The notes: generated from the sequence alone by a model not told the origin. Numbered from the stretch's first letter, positions 1 to 9,894 are shown. The stretch is 64,000 nucleotides of DNA from Candidatus Poseidoniaceae archaeon (GCA_045568475.1 JBJLAY010000028.1:121-64120), one strand, 5' to 3'. Made by a program: numbers and translations.

Positions 1-2318
1 GAGGAGGATACTGCCATGGTTCCAACACCAACGCCGTAGTCTCAATGTCAGGGCAACCTGCAAGTTATACTCCTGGGCAAACTTACACACTTTCTATTTC
101 AGTAACAGGAGGCGCTAGTGCCACCCAAGGCGGCTTCAGCCTAGATGTAAGCACGGGAACCCTTTCAGCAGGAGGAATAGGGATAATGGCCGTTAAGGTA
201 AATTCTGGAGGAACTAGTGCTACGCACACAACTAACAGTTATCGTAGTTGGAGTGTAGATTGGATTGCCCCACCTTCAGGGTCAGGAGTAGCAATTTTTG
301 ATTTAGCAGGCAATGCAGCAGATGGAAATGGTGGTAATGGAGGTGACAACTGGGACGCAATTAGTATTCAAATTCCAGAAGTTGGAGCTCCTAGCAACAA
401 CCCTCCAACCGCTTCGAATCTACAATTGAGCCCTTCAAACCCTGTTACAACAGACACACTATCGCTGACATATTCTTACCAAGATCCCGATGGAGATACT
501 GAGAGTGGCACTACAATCCACTGGTACAAAGATGGAGTTTTAGAGAGTTCCAGAAACAATCTAACAACAGTTCCAAGTTCCTTGACCACCAAAGGCGAAT
601 CATGGAATGTGACAGTTATTCCTAGTGATGGAATGGATGATGGAAATGCAATTGACTCATACGCAATAGGTATCGACAATTCGATTCCAACAGTATTGAG
701 TGCCTCAATAACTCCCTATAATGCAACAGAAAGTGATGACCTCACACTTGGATGGAGTTCTGCAGATGCGGATAACGATGTACTTTCCAGTGCAATCGAA
801 TGGTATGTTGATGACTCCAAAGTCTCAGCCTTCGATAATGATGTAACTATTCCATCTGTTGCGATAAGAGATGGCGATGTTTGGTATGCAAAAATAAGAG
901 TTAACGATGGCGAAGCCGACAGCGCTTGGTTAACAACTCAAACGATCACAATTGGCAGCGATAATACTCCGCCAACAATGACCAGCGTTTCCCTTAGTGG
1001 GCCATATACTACTGTCGACGATTTGGTAGCGACTGCATTGGCAAACGATGATGACAATGATCAACTAACATATGAGTGGGAATGGACAGGTACTCTATTC
1101 ACATCCGATACTTTACCAGCCTCACAAACCAACAAAGGCGAGTCTTGGAGCGTGCGATGCCGAGTAACAGACGGCTCGGCTTATTCCGCATGGATGGAGA
1201 GTAACTCTGTGACTATTCAAAACACAGCACCGGTTTTGCTAAGCCTATCTATCGAACAGGAAACAATATTTTTCGAGAGTGAAGCAACCTATGTCTATGA
1301 AGCATCAGATGTAGACGGTGACTCTGTTTACGCCAATGAGATTTGGTCATTAGATGGAGATGTACTAACTCTAACGCTTTCAGTGAGCGATACAGATATG
1401 AGCCAATCAGCTTCCTTATCCGACTCAGTTATCATCGTAAATTCTCCTCCGACAGCATCCTATGATGGAGCCACAACACAAGACGCATTAACGAATCTAA
1501 ATCCAACGGTAACAACTTCGGATGCAAATTCAGATTTAGTTACAGTCTCGTGGCAATGGGCTAGAAATGGATTTACCACCGACTACAATCAAAGTTTCAT
1601 TCCATCATCTTCCCTGGGTGCAGGGGATGTTTGGATAGCTTTGGTAACTCCAAACGATGGTATCGATGACGGGCAGGTTTTGGTAATCGAAATCACGATT
1701 TCTAATACAGACCCGGTCGCTGTAATTACTTCTCCTGAATCTTTGGTTCAAGGTTCAATGGTTACATTTTCAGCCGATCAATCAACAGATGTTGACGGAG
1801 CAGTAGTTAATGCGATATGGAGTATCGATGACGTAGTTGTTCACAATGGGATGTCTTTCACGACTATGATGAGCGAACAAATAACAGTCCAGTTAAAGGC
1901 AATCGATGACATGGGTGCAATGGACTCAATATCTCAAACCTTTAATGGTGAATTACCACCTTATGCGACGGAAGTTGAAGTCAGTATAGACGGCACTGAA
2001 GTAGTAATTACATGGGAAGGAGCCGCCAATGAATGGGCTGTTTTACACAATGGAGAAGTCATTGGAATCACAGCCGGAAAATCATTCCGCCATTCACCAA
2101 CGATGGAGGGAACTCACACATACAATGTGATTCCAATCGTTGATGGGCAACAGATACAATGGGAAAGTGATGAATCAACAGATTCTGTAGAACTAGATTC
2201 TAACATTGTTCCAGAAAAGCCAGGGCCGAGTGAAACTGCTGGAATGATTTTCAGCATTATCCTACTTCTCGCTGGTATCACTGGTGTTGCATTATCATTT
2301 ATTCCTAGGAGGGATTGA
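1..2318 (+). CDS. Cell-surface protein, N-terminally truncated by the window edge. It has at least four tandem ~95-aa Ig-like repeats and a C-terminal TM anchor with a basic tail.
   Basis: The frame is open to the window start with no upstream stop. Repeated units share D-x-D-G-D...W-Y/W...KGESW...NDG-x-x-DS. The C-terminus reads PGPSETAGMIFSIILLLAGITGVALSFIPRRD, a hydrophobic helix followed by RRD, which resembles an archaeosortase-type sorting signal. Confidence 0.6.
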   Translation, partial: GGYCHGSNTNAVVSMSGQPASYTPGQTYTLSISVTGGASATQGGFSLDVSTGTLSAGGIGIMAVKVNSGGTSATHTTNSYRSWSVDWIAPPSGSGVAIFDLAGNAADGNGGNGGDNWDAISIQIPEVGAPSNNPPTASNLQLSPSNPVTTDTLSLTYSYQDPDGDTESGTTIHWYKDGVLESSRNNLTTVPSSLTTKGESWNVTVIPSDGMDDGNAIDSYAIGIDNSIPTVLSASITPYNATESDDLTLGWSSADADNDVLSSAIEWYVDDSKVSAFDNDVTIPSVAIRDGDVWYAKIRVNDGEADSAWLTTQTITIGSDNTPPTMTSVSLSGPYTTVDDLVATALANDDDNDQLTYEWEWTGTLFTSDTLPASQTNKGESWSVRCRVTDGSAYSAWMESNSVTIQNTAPVLLSLSIEQETIFFESEATYVYEASDVDGDSVYANEIWSLDGDVLTLTLSVSDTDMSQSASLSDSVIIVNSPPTASYDGATTQDALTNLNPTVTTSDANSDLVTVSWQWARNGFTTDYNQSFIPSSSLGAGDVWIALVTPNDGIDDGQVLVIEITISNTDPVAVITSPESLVQGSMVTFSADQSTDVDGAVVNAIWSIDDVVVHNGMSFTTMMSEQITVQLKAIDDMGAMDSISQTFNGELPPYATEVEVSIDGTEVVITWEGAANEWAVLHNGEVIGITAGKSFRHSPTMEGTHTYNVIPIVDGQQIQWESDESTDSVELDSNIVPEKPGPSETAGMIFSIILLLAGITGVALSFIPRRD

Positions 2319-3389
2319 ATGAGAGCAAAAGTCATCATTATGCTGTGTGTTTTACTGCTATCTACAACAGTTTCAACAGCTAATCCTGGTGGCAAAGGAG
2401 ACGATGTAAGATCTCGAGATTGCGCAGGTTCTTGCCATGCATCTTCCTCATCTAATGGCGTATCTACGGCAATTTTGGACATAACTTTCCCAAACGAGGT
2501 TTACGCAGGGCTTTTGATTGAAATTCAAACTTCGGTCGAGTCTGTTGATGTGAGTTCAAACAATATGGTTGGAATATCTCTTCTAATCAACTCCGATGGG
2601 GCAAAGGATTTGCCTGCTAATGACGGATGGGAAGTCATCACAGACCCTAACGGTGGAACGAATAATTATGTTGAGATTACAGATTCTTTTTCTTCTCAAA
2701 ATACTGTGAATCGAAGTTGGACACTACGTGCTCCATCTGAACCTGGAAATTATGAATTGTATCTAGCAGTTCAACACGGAACTCCGGAAGGCGGGGTTGC
2801 AATGAGTGGGATTTCAGATATCAAACCAGTATTGGTCGTAGAAGTTCCTGAAAATTTACCTAGACTTTCTCCAGATTGGGAGCCAATCAATACTAGGGGC
2901 TTAGGCGAAGAAACAACAATTACGCTTGATACATTGAATACAGATTCAGCCACGGTTGAACTAATGAACGGTGCCGAAGTGATCGTTATTCCAGTAGTCG
3001 ACGACCAGTTTACGATACCTGCTGCAGTGAACCCCGGCATAGTTCAATGGAGGGTAATTTTAGAGGGCGAAGGGCCAACTCAAACCTCTCCTTGGTTTAG
3101 AATTACAGCACAGGAGCCGGGCTGGGAAGTTGATGAAACAGCATTGTACCTTCAGAGCATAGCATTGTTCCTTTTGTGTGCAGGTTTGGTAATCATGCAG
3201 AGGCCCAGGAATGAAGAGGTTACGAAGGAATACGACAACACAGAATTCGTAGCTGCAACAATTGAAGCTAGCCAAGAAACTCAATCCCCACCAATTCCAG
3301 ATGGAGGAATACCGGCCGGCTGGACTATGGAGCAATGGGAGTACTACGGGCATGAACACCTAGAAAAGATGGAAAGAGGTGAAGTCTGA
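2319..3389 (+). CDS. Secreted, membrane-anchored protein with a signal peptide, a Cys-containing N-terminus and a TM near the C-terminus
   Basis: The ATG directly follows the upstream TGA. The N-terminal hydrophobic h-region MLCVLLLSTTVSTA is followed by the motif DCAGSCHA, and there is a TM segment ALYLQSIALFLLCAGLVIM. Confidence 0.5.
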   Translation: MRAKVIIMLCVLLLSTTVSTANPGGKGDDVRSRDCAGSCHASSSSNGVSTAILDITFPNEVYAGLLIEIQTSVESVDVSSNNMVGISLLINSDGAKDLPANDGWEVITDPNGGTNNYVEITDSFSSQNTVNRSWTLRAPSEPGNYELYLAVQHGTPEGGVAMSGISDIKPVLVVEVPENLPRLSPDWEPINTRGLGEETTITLDTLNTDSATVELMNGAEVIVIPVVDDQFTIPAAVNPGIVQWRVILEGEGPTQTSPWFRITAQEPGWEVDETALYLQSIALFLLCAGLVIMQRPRNEEVTKEYDNTEFVAATIEASQETQSPPIPDGGIPAGWTMEQWEYYGHEHLEKMERGEV

Positions 3390-3898
3390 TGATTTCTGCA
3401 GGAACGTTTCATGTCATTTCAACCGAATTGACAATCGGTATGTTCGCTCTTTCAGGCGTTGCTTTCTTTCTTTGCATGATAAAAAAAGGCCCAGAATCCC
3501 GTGAAGCAGTAGCCCACTGGGCCATGTGTGGGGGATTAATTGCAACTCCATTAGCAATAATTAGCGGCATCAATGCATCACCGGGCGATGGAATTGACAA
3601 TCCATTATTGGCTAACAAGATGCTACTTTCTATGATATCTGCTGGGTTAGCAGTAGGCGTTCTTGTAAGAAGGAAATTAGGCGCAGAAGTCGATTCGAGA
3701 CACGCAGGAATAGGTATGGCAGCAGTTGGTTTGATGCTAACTACTGCTGGAATGGGAGGGGAGTTTTCCAGAGGGGAAACGCTACTTCTGTTTGTACCAA
3801 AAGAGACAGTAATGATATTCCCATTATGGGCTAGTATCGTATTGATCTTACTAGGGATTGTAATCCTCAGCAAATCAGCCATAGAGCATCGAAGTTGA
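3389..3898 (+). CDS. Polytopic small membrane protein with about four TM segments
   Basis: The start overlaps the upstream stop as TGATG. The sequence is hydrophobic throughout. Confidence 0.5.
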   Translation: MISAGTFHVISTELTIGMFALSGVAFFLCMIKKGPESREAVAHWAMCGGLIATPLAIISGINASPGDGIDNPLLANKMLLSMISAGLAVGVLVRRKLGAEVDSRHAGIGMAAVGLMLTTAGMGGEFSRGETLLLFVPKETVMIFPLWASIVLILLGIVILSKSAIEHRS

Positions 3899-4673
3899 AG
3901 ATGGGCTCGGATCAGAATCTACTCCTTCTACCATGCCACGAATTTGCTCTTCTAATTGCTGAGCTTCTTCTAGAAGTGGGCCGTGATCTAAATCTACTAC
4001 TGGTAACATTTTGTTGAGATGCTCAATGATGACTGCTGCGGCTCTAGCATCAGGGAACCTCGGGTCTGCTTCCACCATTATGCTCATGATATTTCGCCCC
4101 CTACTTCCTCCTTCGCTAAGCATTGCACCAGTCATTCCTTTGATGACTCCTTGTTCGAGTAATGGAATTTCCATATCTTTCAAAATTTCAGCCATCATTG
4201 GTGTTGCTGCAACTCCGAGGACATCTACATCCGGAGTATCTTCATACTCAACCATTGGCTCATTTCCTTGCAACCCCCCCTTCATTCCTTTGCGGGCGAA
4301 AGCATCGATTAGGACCCCCATGGCTGCTTTTTCATTTTTTGACCAAGTAAATATTTCACTTACAATCTCATGCACTAATGGGTCTGGAACAATCAGTTCA
4401 CTCATCAATAATAGAACCTTATCGCAGCCTTCTATTTTGCAGATAGGCTTACCTAAATACGCCCTGATAGGAGGTAAAGGAACTCCATTTTGAACTAAGC
4501 AAATTGCGGGTAACTTAGGATGCGCAACCCCGCCAATGAATTCAAGCTCAAGGTGATCGATTAGAAAATGCGCAACCACACTAGATACCATTCCTACACT
4601 GGGAAAGCAACACACTACTAGTGCATCTTCGATATCAGCACTCTTGTCAAGCCAAACCTTTGCCCCTTCCATA
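3875..4673 (-). CDS. PAC2-family proteasome assembly chaperone (archaeal PbaA/PbaB-like)
   Basis: The motifs VVCCFPSVGMVSSVVAHFLIDHLEL and FPDARAAAVIIEHL are paralogous to those of ORF 16344-17087. The ORF track starts at GTG 4786. The internal ATG giving M-E-G-A-K matches the M-A-G-Q start of the paralogue, so I placed the start there. Confidence 0.65.
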
Positions 4674-4765
4674 ACCTTAGGACAACACACTCGTGTATAA
4701 TCTCGCCCCCTTTGATGCTCTAAAATAATCCCAAGCAATTTGAAGGGGAAGCGTATAGCCTGATT

Positions 4766-5911
4766 ATGGGCGAGGAAAGAGCACACACTCTTTCTCCTTC
4801 AGCGTGGAATCGTTTTGAGACCTGCCCCCGGATGTATTGGTTGAGTAGGCAAAAGTTGCCAAGAAAGGCAGGAATGGCTGCCAGCGTTGGAACTGCCGTA
4901 CATGCTTCGATTGAAGATTTGTTACAAATCGACTTGTCTCATCTAAAACCTAGTGACACAAGATGGCTTCCTAAATTGGCTGAAGACTACCTGAAAACAA
5001 GATGGGAAGAAGAGAAGGAAGTATTCTTTGCAACACCTAGACGCCCAATGTGGAAAGAGAAAGAGTGGGATAAGGCCAAAAGAATGCAAAGAGGTGCGAT
5101 TAAGATGCTTCTAGAATTCATAGGGGCAAAAGGTGTAACTCCACTAAAGACATCTGTAGCCCTTTGGAACAAATTGCTATCCAGGGTGATTGCAGTTGAA
5201 GGGGAATTACGGACTAAAGATAATCGCTTAATGGGGCGACTAGATATGCTGTTTGCCGATGTTGGAGAAGACGGTAATCTCAACGGATGGATAGTTGCTG
5301 ATTTGAAAACAGGTCGAGCGCCAGAGTCTGAATTGAAGCCTGAAGTACAGAGGCAATTGCTTCTGTACCGGGATATTTTACTGTCTAACAATCCGAATGC
5401 ACCTCCTGTCAAAACAGAAGGATGGTATACAGCCAATGCAACTCGGTATACCGCGAACGGCTCTTCTGTAATGGATTCCGCCTTAGCTGCATGGGAAGCG
5501 ACCAAACCTAGTGAGACACCTTTGGATGCAACTCCAGGCCAATCCTCTTGTGGTGGATTTTGTGATTGGAAAGCATGGTGCCCACATTGGTGGAATTGGA
5601 GATCTGAAAATGGTACTTTAGGTAGTGGTGATTTTTCAGATTCGGTTATTCTATTGCATCACTTCGATGAAAACAATGGCTCCGGTATTGCAGAGATTTG
5701 TGAACCAGCCAACGCCGAGGGAAGACCAATGCCTACTGGATTACAAGTTCCAATAACTTTTGATGGCCGTGGAAAAGAAGCCCTGCAAGAATTACTTTCT
5801 ACGGGCCACCAAGGACCAATTTTTATCGGCGGAGCAATGACAAATAGAGAAACATGGAGAGTTGGTCATTGGTGCGACGTACTCGCCTGGTCACCAATCC
5901 CTGATGCTTGA
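4766..5911 (+). CDS. RecB/Cas4-family PD-(D/E)xK nuclease with a 4-Cys (Fe-S type) cluster and a ~110-aa C-terminal extension
   Basis: It has an N-terminal Cys (FETCPRMYW), motif II GRLDMLFAD, motif III ADLKTGR, QLLLYRDIL (QxxxY) and a C-terminal CGGFCDWKAWC (C-x3-C-x5-C). Confidence 0.65.
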   Translation: MGEERAHTLSPSAWNRFETCPRMYWLSRQKLPRKAGMAASVGTAVHASIEDLLQIDLSHLKPSDTRWLPKLAEDYLKTRWEEEKEVFFATPRRPMWKEKEWDKAKRMQRGAIKMLLEFIGAKGVTPLKTSVALWNKLLSRVIAVEGELRTKDNRLMGRLDMLFADVGEDGNLNGWIVADLKTGRAPESELKPEVQRQLLLYRDILLSNNPNAPPVKTEGWYTANATRYTANGSSVMDSALAAWEATKPSETPLDATPGQSSCGGFCDWKAWCPHWWNWRSENGTLGSGDFSDSVILLHHFDENNGSGIAEICEPANAEGRPMPTGLQVPITFDGRGKEALQELLSTGHQGPIFIGGAMTNRETWRVGHWCDVLAWSPIPDA

Positions 5912-6718
5912 TACAAACTCACTGAGAGTGTTTCTTGCAGCCTCATCTTCTACACCATTGGGTGATAATAACCAGTCCAAATACCTCGGGTCTTCTTTCC
6001 CAATAGTGTGCAAATCTTTCCCGCGATGCCTTCCAAACCCAACGATGTATACGCCGTCGTCAATTTTTATCCTACCTTGTTTGTCAAGGGAATCCAAGTC
6101 TCCTAAAGAACGTCCCAACTCACTTTCATCTCTACGAACTTCGCCATTGATTAGCCATTGTTCAATTTCTACTAACGACCGCCTAAAACTCGACGGGTGA
6201 TCTCGCATCAATTTCCAAAGCAGGAGTAAACTTGCAGCAGCATCAGCCGCAGCATCGTGAGCATTCGACAAATCGATTCCATTTCTTGCACACTGCGCCC
6301 CTAGGTTGTGAGGCCGCGGGATCTTTAACCTACGGACCATCTCCAATGTGTCTAGAACTACCAGGGGTTCAGGAGGAACCATTCCACATCTGTAATACTC
6401 ATTTTGTAGTAGTGGCATATCGAATCTACGAGCATTATGCCCTACGATAACTGCACCATCCATCAAATCGAAAAGTTCCGCTGCATAATGTTTGAAAACA
6501 GGCTCATTGCGAACCTTTGAATCATATATTCCATGTACCCTTGATGCACCAGAAGGAATCGGCCTTTGAGGGTTGATTAGTACGTCATAGTGCACAGTTT
6601 CACCGTTTGATTCAGCACCGATTAGTGCTACCTGCACAATGCGATCATTATTAGTCGAAATACCTGTAGTTTCTAAGTCGAAAGCTAGGACTTTGTGCCC
6701 CTCGAGAATATCGACCAT
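5891..6718 (-). CDS. DEDDh 3'-5' exonuclease (DnaQ/ExoX-like) with a DUF3820-like C-terminal domain
   Basis: Exo I is FDLETTG, Exo II is VGHNARRFDMPLL and Exo III is HDAAADA. The C-terminus reads GFGRHRGKDLHTIGKEDPRYLDWLL. The ORF track starts at TTG 6760. The ATG at 6718 (MVDILEGHKVLAFDLETTG) is the more plausible start. Confidence 0.7.
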   Translation of the reverse strand: MVDILEGHKVLAFDLETTGISTNNDRIVQVALIGAESNGETVHYDVLINPQRPIPSGASRVHGIYDSKVRNEPVFKHYAAELFDLMDGAVIVGHNARRFDMPLLQNEYYRCGMVPPEPLVVLDTLEMVRRLKIPRPHNLGAQCARNGIDLSNAHDAAADAAASLLLLWKLMRDHPSSFRRSLVEIEQWLINGEVRRDESELGRSLGDLDSLDKQGRIKIDDGVYIVGFGRHRGKDLHTIGKEDPRYLDWLLSPNGVEDEAARNTLSEFVSSIRDW

Positions 6719-6791
6719 GGTATCGGGTAAAGTCCGACCCAAATGAACATCACTACACAATTTCTATTTCTTTGATAATAGAGGACAACAT

Positions 6792-7115
6792 ATGGGCATC
6801 AGAGATTGGTTTAAGAAAAAGTCGGAAAAGCCGGAAGTTGGAACCGAGTCACCAATACAATTACCCGAACTCGACAAAGATGCTCTTTTTGCGGAAACTC
6901 TCTCAGCCTTAGATTCAGAAGAAGTTGAATTGGCACCAGAATTAGTCGTTGAAACCACCCCTGAATATGATGTAGGGGATGTCGATGTTAGTGCATTATT
7001 AGATGAAGAAATGGAATCAAATTATGACCTGAATACCGTCGAGGGTTCCGAAATAGAAGATATGCTTGCAGATGCTAAGATAATCGGCGACCTACCTGAA
7101 GAAGTAGAAATCTAA
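6792..7115 (+). CDS. Small, highly acidic hypothetical protein
   Basis: The ORF is 107 aa and rich in D and E, with no recognisable motif. Confidence 0.4.
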   Translation: MGIRDWFKKKSEKPEVGTESPIQLPELDKDALFAETLSALDSEEVELAPELVVETTPEYDVGDVDVSALLDEEMESNYDLNTVEGSEIEDMLADAKIIGDLPEEVEI

Positions 7116-7175
7116 TCTTGTAAATCCTATCCATATAGGGGGCATTATTAGATATGAAGCGTTCTAGGGCATGTT

Positions 7176-8339
7176 ATGGACAGAAAGGGAGGCTTGTTTC
7201 TAACAGCCCTACTTTTGGTTCAATTGCTAGCGGGGTGTACTAGTGTTTTGGATGAAACTGTTGACCCAAGGGCGGTTCTGACAGCAACTCCTTCAGAGAT
7301 ACAACAAGGTGAAGAAGTAACCTTTGATGCCCGAGGATCCGATGCAATAGAAGGCGTCATCACAGAGTTCAATTGGGACTTTGGGGATGGGACTGAAATA
7401 ACAACACTAGCAGGTTTTACTTCCCATCAGTTCCAAAAATCCGGTCAATTCAATGTCCAATTAACAGTAGTTAACGATCAAGGAGGGTCCGATTCCACCA
7501 GCATTCTAGTTCGTGTTAACGGAGCACCTTTGCTAAACCTCTCAATTCCAGAAGTTGTCCGTAGTGGAGACATTGTGCTCCTTGATGCATCAAGAACAAC
7601 AGACCCAGAAGGCGCTCCAATGTATTTCACCTGGGATCTAAATTTCTTAGAAGATAGTGACAGCGATGGCGATGCTAGAAACGACATTGATTCTACAGAA
7701 GAGATGGTTTACTTGCCAACAGAATCGAGTGGGACGATTCTTGGCTCGGTAACCGTTGATGACAGACAGGGCGGAGTTGCCACTGAACAATTTACAATTG
7801 AAGTGCAACCTCGCCGATACAAGGTTTCATGGGTCCAGAATACCCTTGAATGGAATTATGACGAATATCTGGACCAAGGTGAAAGCTGGAGCGATAACAT
7901 GACCCCTGGTGATGGTGCAAGGATAATGGCTTACGACGCACTATTGGAGTTAGACCAAGACTTAATTTTACCACCTGATGATTTTACCCTATCAATAAAC
8001 ATCGTAGATGACGGACATCGAAAGAGTGCTGAAACAAGTCCCGGTAACATTACAAGAAACGAGACCACAACTGCAGAACTAAATGCCAGTAGTTTGAATC
8101 CTAGTGGTGAAGAGGGAGTGTTTGAAGCAGACAGTGAAGAACAACTATTGCAAGCGTTGCTAAATGAGCCAGGTGCACGCTTCGGCCAAGGTGAATGGAT
8201 TTGGACAATCGTTGCTCAAAATGCCAACCCCGACTCCCAATTCCCTGGCCAGCCCGACCCTGATACTGGAAACGATTGGACACTAACGATTGTAATCACA
8301 ATTCTAACTCCGGTACTTACCGAAGTTGCTTACGAGTAA
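7176..8339 (+). CDS. Secreted lipoprotein-like protein with PKD domains
   Basis: The N-terminal signal ends in a lipobox-like LLAGCTSV. The PKD hallmark FNWDFGDGTE is present, and a second PKD-like repeat follows. Confidence 0.6.
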   Translation: MDRKGGLFLTALLLVQLLAGCTSVLDETVDPRAVLTATPSEIQQGEEVTFDARGSDAIEGVITEFNWDFGDGTEITTLAGFTSHQFQKSGQFNVQLTVVNDQGGSDSTSILVRVNGAPLLNLSIPEVVRSGDIVLLDASRTTDPEGAPMYFTWDLNFLEDSDSDGDARNDIDSTEEMVYLPTESSGTILGSVTVDDRQGGVATEQFTIEVQPRRYKVSWVQNTLEWNYDEYLDQGESWSDNMTPGDGARIMAYDALLELDQDLILPPDDFTLSINIVDDGHRKSAETSPGNITRNETTTAELNASSLNPSGEEGVFEADSEEQLLQALLNEPGARFGQGEWIWTIVAQNANPDSQFPGQPDPDTGNDWTLTIVITILTPVLTEVAYE

Positions 8340-8702
8340 TCAACTGAATTGAATTGGTTGAACTGTTTTCCAGTTAGCATTAGCTAATTTCTTTGCCTTT
8401 CCGTCAGCGATGATTGGATGGATTTTATTCAATCTTCCATGCATCCCCTGCACACTGAACTTTACACGAAGCTCAACCATACGCTCCCTTTCAGCAGCCT
8501 CGATCTGCTCATCGTCTAAATCTACGCTAGCCATCTCTACTCCGGTTGTAGCAGATGAAATAGAGAACCTCTTTCCGTTGACGTGGGCGACAGGTCTGAA
8601 GTCCATATCGTCAGGATTATTCATCAATACTTCTAGGTCGATGGAAAGGTAATCGCGAACGTTGACACGCTTGATATTGATGGAATCTACCATGATGACC
8701 AA
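8340..8702 (-). CDS. Hypothetical protein (120 aa)
   Basis: The ORF is intact but I could not assign a motif confidently. Confidence 0.4.
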   Translation of the reverse strand: MVIMVDSINIKRVNVRDYLSIDLEVLMNNPDDMDFRPVAHVNGKRFSISSATTGVEMASVDLDDEQIEAAERERMVELRVKFSVQGMHGRLNKIHPIIADGKAKKLANANWKTVQPIQFS

Positions 8703-8792
8703 ACATGCCGAGAGGGCGGGTATTCAAAATCTCTCGCATTAAGCCGGGGCATTGGGTATTCACCCTAGTGTTTGATATGGGTTGACTGAAAT

Positions 8793-9083
8793 GTGCAAAT
8801 TATGTCCCCCCCTACTATCGGCCAAGGTACACAAAAGAAAGCCAGACTGCAGAGACTCAAAGACGAAGTCAAGAGATTTGTATTTGCTAATCCAGGTTGT
8901 AGTGCGCAAACGATTGTGGCACACTTAAGCCATGACAAAAAACTACGAAATCATGGATTAACTCCAAGAAAAATTGGGTTCTTCATACCACGTCATTTGA
9001 AAGCACACCTTGTATGGTGGCAAGACCATGTCGCAGGAAGGAGAGTTTACGGGCCTGACGATTATGATGAATCGACAGTCTGA
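8793..9083 (+). CDS. Small basic hypothetical protein, possibly HTH
   Basis: GTG start at 8793, or ATG at 8802. The protein is 96 aa and K/R-rich. VKRFVFANPGCSAQTIVAHL may be a helix-turn-helix. Confidence 0.35.
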   Translation: MQIMSPPTIGQGTQKKARLQRLKDEVKRFVFANPGCSAQTIVAHLSHDKKLRNHGLTPRKIGFFIPRHLKAHLVWWQDHVAGRRVYGPDDYDESTV

Positions 9084-9109
9084 AAGAGTTTCATCTCCGA
9101 CCTAGTAAC

Positions 9110-9772
9110 ATGGCTGGGGTTACTGCGTACTTTGATCTTGATGGCACCTTGCTAGATGCGTCAAGTGAAAAAAGCCTCACTGCACTCTTGTCAAAGAGGA
9201 GGCCGTGGCGAATTCCATTGGGTGCGACCATGTGGTCCCTAGGCTTTATTGGAAACTTATTACGAGCTCGCTCAGTATATGATGCTGCTAGAAACAGAGG
9301 CCATCTTGCATTATGCAATTGGGAAACCCTACGTCAATTATCTTCAGAACTAGTTGAATCTAAATTGTCTAGTAGAGTTACATTGGAGGCGCTTGAAAGA
9401 CTTGAATGGCATCGTGAACAGGGCCATAGATTAGTTCTAGTCACAGCCACAGTCATGCCAATGGCTCAGGCAATGGCCGATTATTTAGCAATGGATGCAG
9501 TCTATGGATGCGGACCTGAAAACATGACGGGGATTATGAGCGGTTCTGAAAGGGGATGGAGTGTCCCTAGGCGGAAAGGAAAAGTTCCAATCGTTCAAGC
9601 AGACGCAGAATCAGTCGGTCACAATTTAGCAGAGTGCTGGGGATATGGGAATACACACGCTGATTCATTTTTCATGTCTATTACAGGAAACCCTGTTGCA
9701 GTAAATGCAGAAGGTAGACTGAAATCACTTGCAAAAGAGAAACAGTGGACTCAATTTGAATGGCGCATATGA
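9110..9772 (+). CDS. HAD-superfamily hydrolase (HAD-IB/SerB-like)
   Basis: Motif I is FDLDGTLLD at the N-terminus, and the cap and core layout is typical of HAD phosphatases. Confidence 0.65.
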   Translation: MAGVTAYFDLDGTLLDASSEKSLTALLSKRRPWRIPLGATMWSLGFIGNLLRARSVYDAARNRGHLALCNWETLRQLSSELVESKLSSRVTLEALERLEWHREQGHRLVLVTATVMPMAQAMADYLAMDAVYGCGPENMTGIMSGSERGWSVPRRKGKVPIVQADAESVGHNLAECWGYGNTHADSFFMSITGNPVAVNAEGRLKSLAKEKQWTQFEWRI

Positions 9773-9784
9773 TGCGCCCGTCGC

Positions 9785-9792
9785 GCTTAAAT
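9785..9792 (+). promoter_or_regulatory. Candidate archaeal TATA box for the tRNA-Arg gene
   Basis: gcttaaat lies about 30 nt upstream of tRNA position 1, preceded by a GC-rich BRE-like cgcgc. Confidence 0.3.
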
Positions 9793-9820
9793 GGGGAAGG
9801 CAGGTCGCCGAGACTGCACT

Positions 9821-9894
9821 GGCCCCATAGTGTAGCCTGGATATCACAGTGGCTTGCGGAGCCACGAACCCGTGTTCGAATCGCGGTGGGGCCG
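9821..9894 (+). tRNA. tRNA-Arg (anticodon GCG)
   Basis: I folded it by hand. The acceptor stem GGCCCCA pairs with TGGGGCC over 7 bp. The anticodon stem GTGGC/GCCAC flanks the loop TTGCGGA (U33, anticodon GCG, G37). The T-stem CCGTG/CGCGG encloses the loop TTCGAAT. The discriminator is G and no CCA is encoded. Confidence 0.85.

Noticed and set aside
2400-2450. A CX3CH motif (DCAGSCHA) in ORF 2319-3389 could be a variant c-type heme-binding site.
   Set aside because: It occurs once in a Ser-rich context with no other cytochrome features. This is insufficient to call a cytochrome.
4671-4690. An apparent 1-nt frame inconsistency appeared when I hand-translated the first PAC2 gene across the line break at 4680/4681.
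   Set aside because: It is most likely my own counting or transcription error, since the ORF track gives an intact 303-codon frame. I did not call a frameshift or pseudogene, but coordinates near there may be off by ±1.
8340-8702. I tried to assign the 120-aa ORF to a ribosomal or translation-factor family (S6e, S24e, aEF-1beta or Gar1).
   Set aside because: None of the remembered family signatures matched, so I left it hypothetical.
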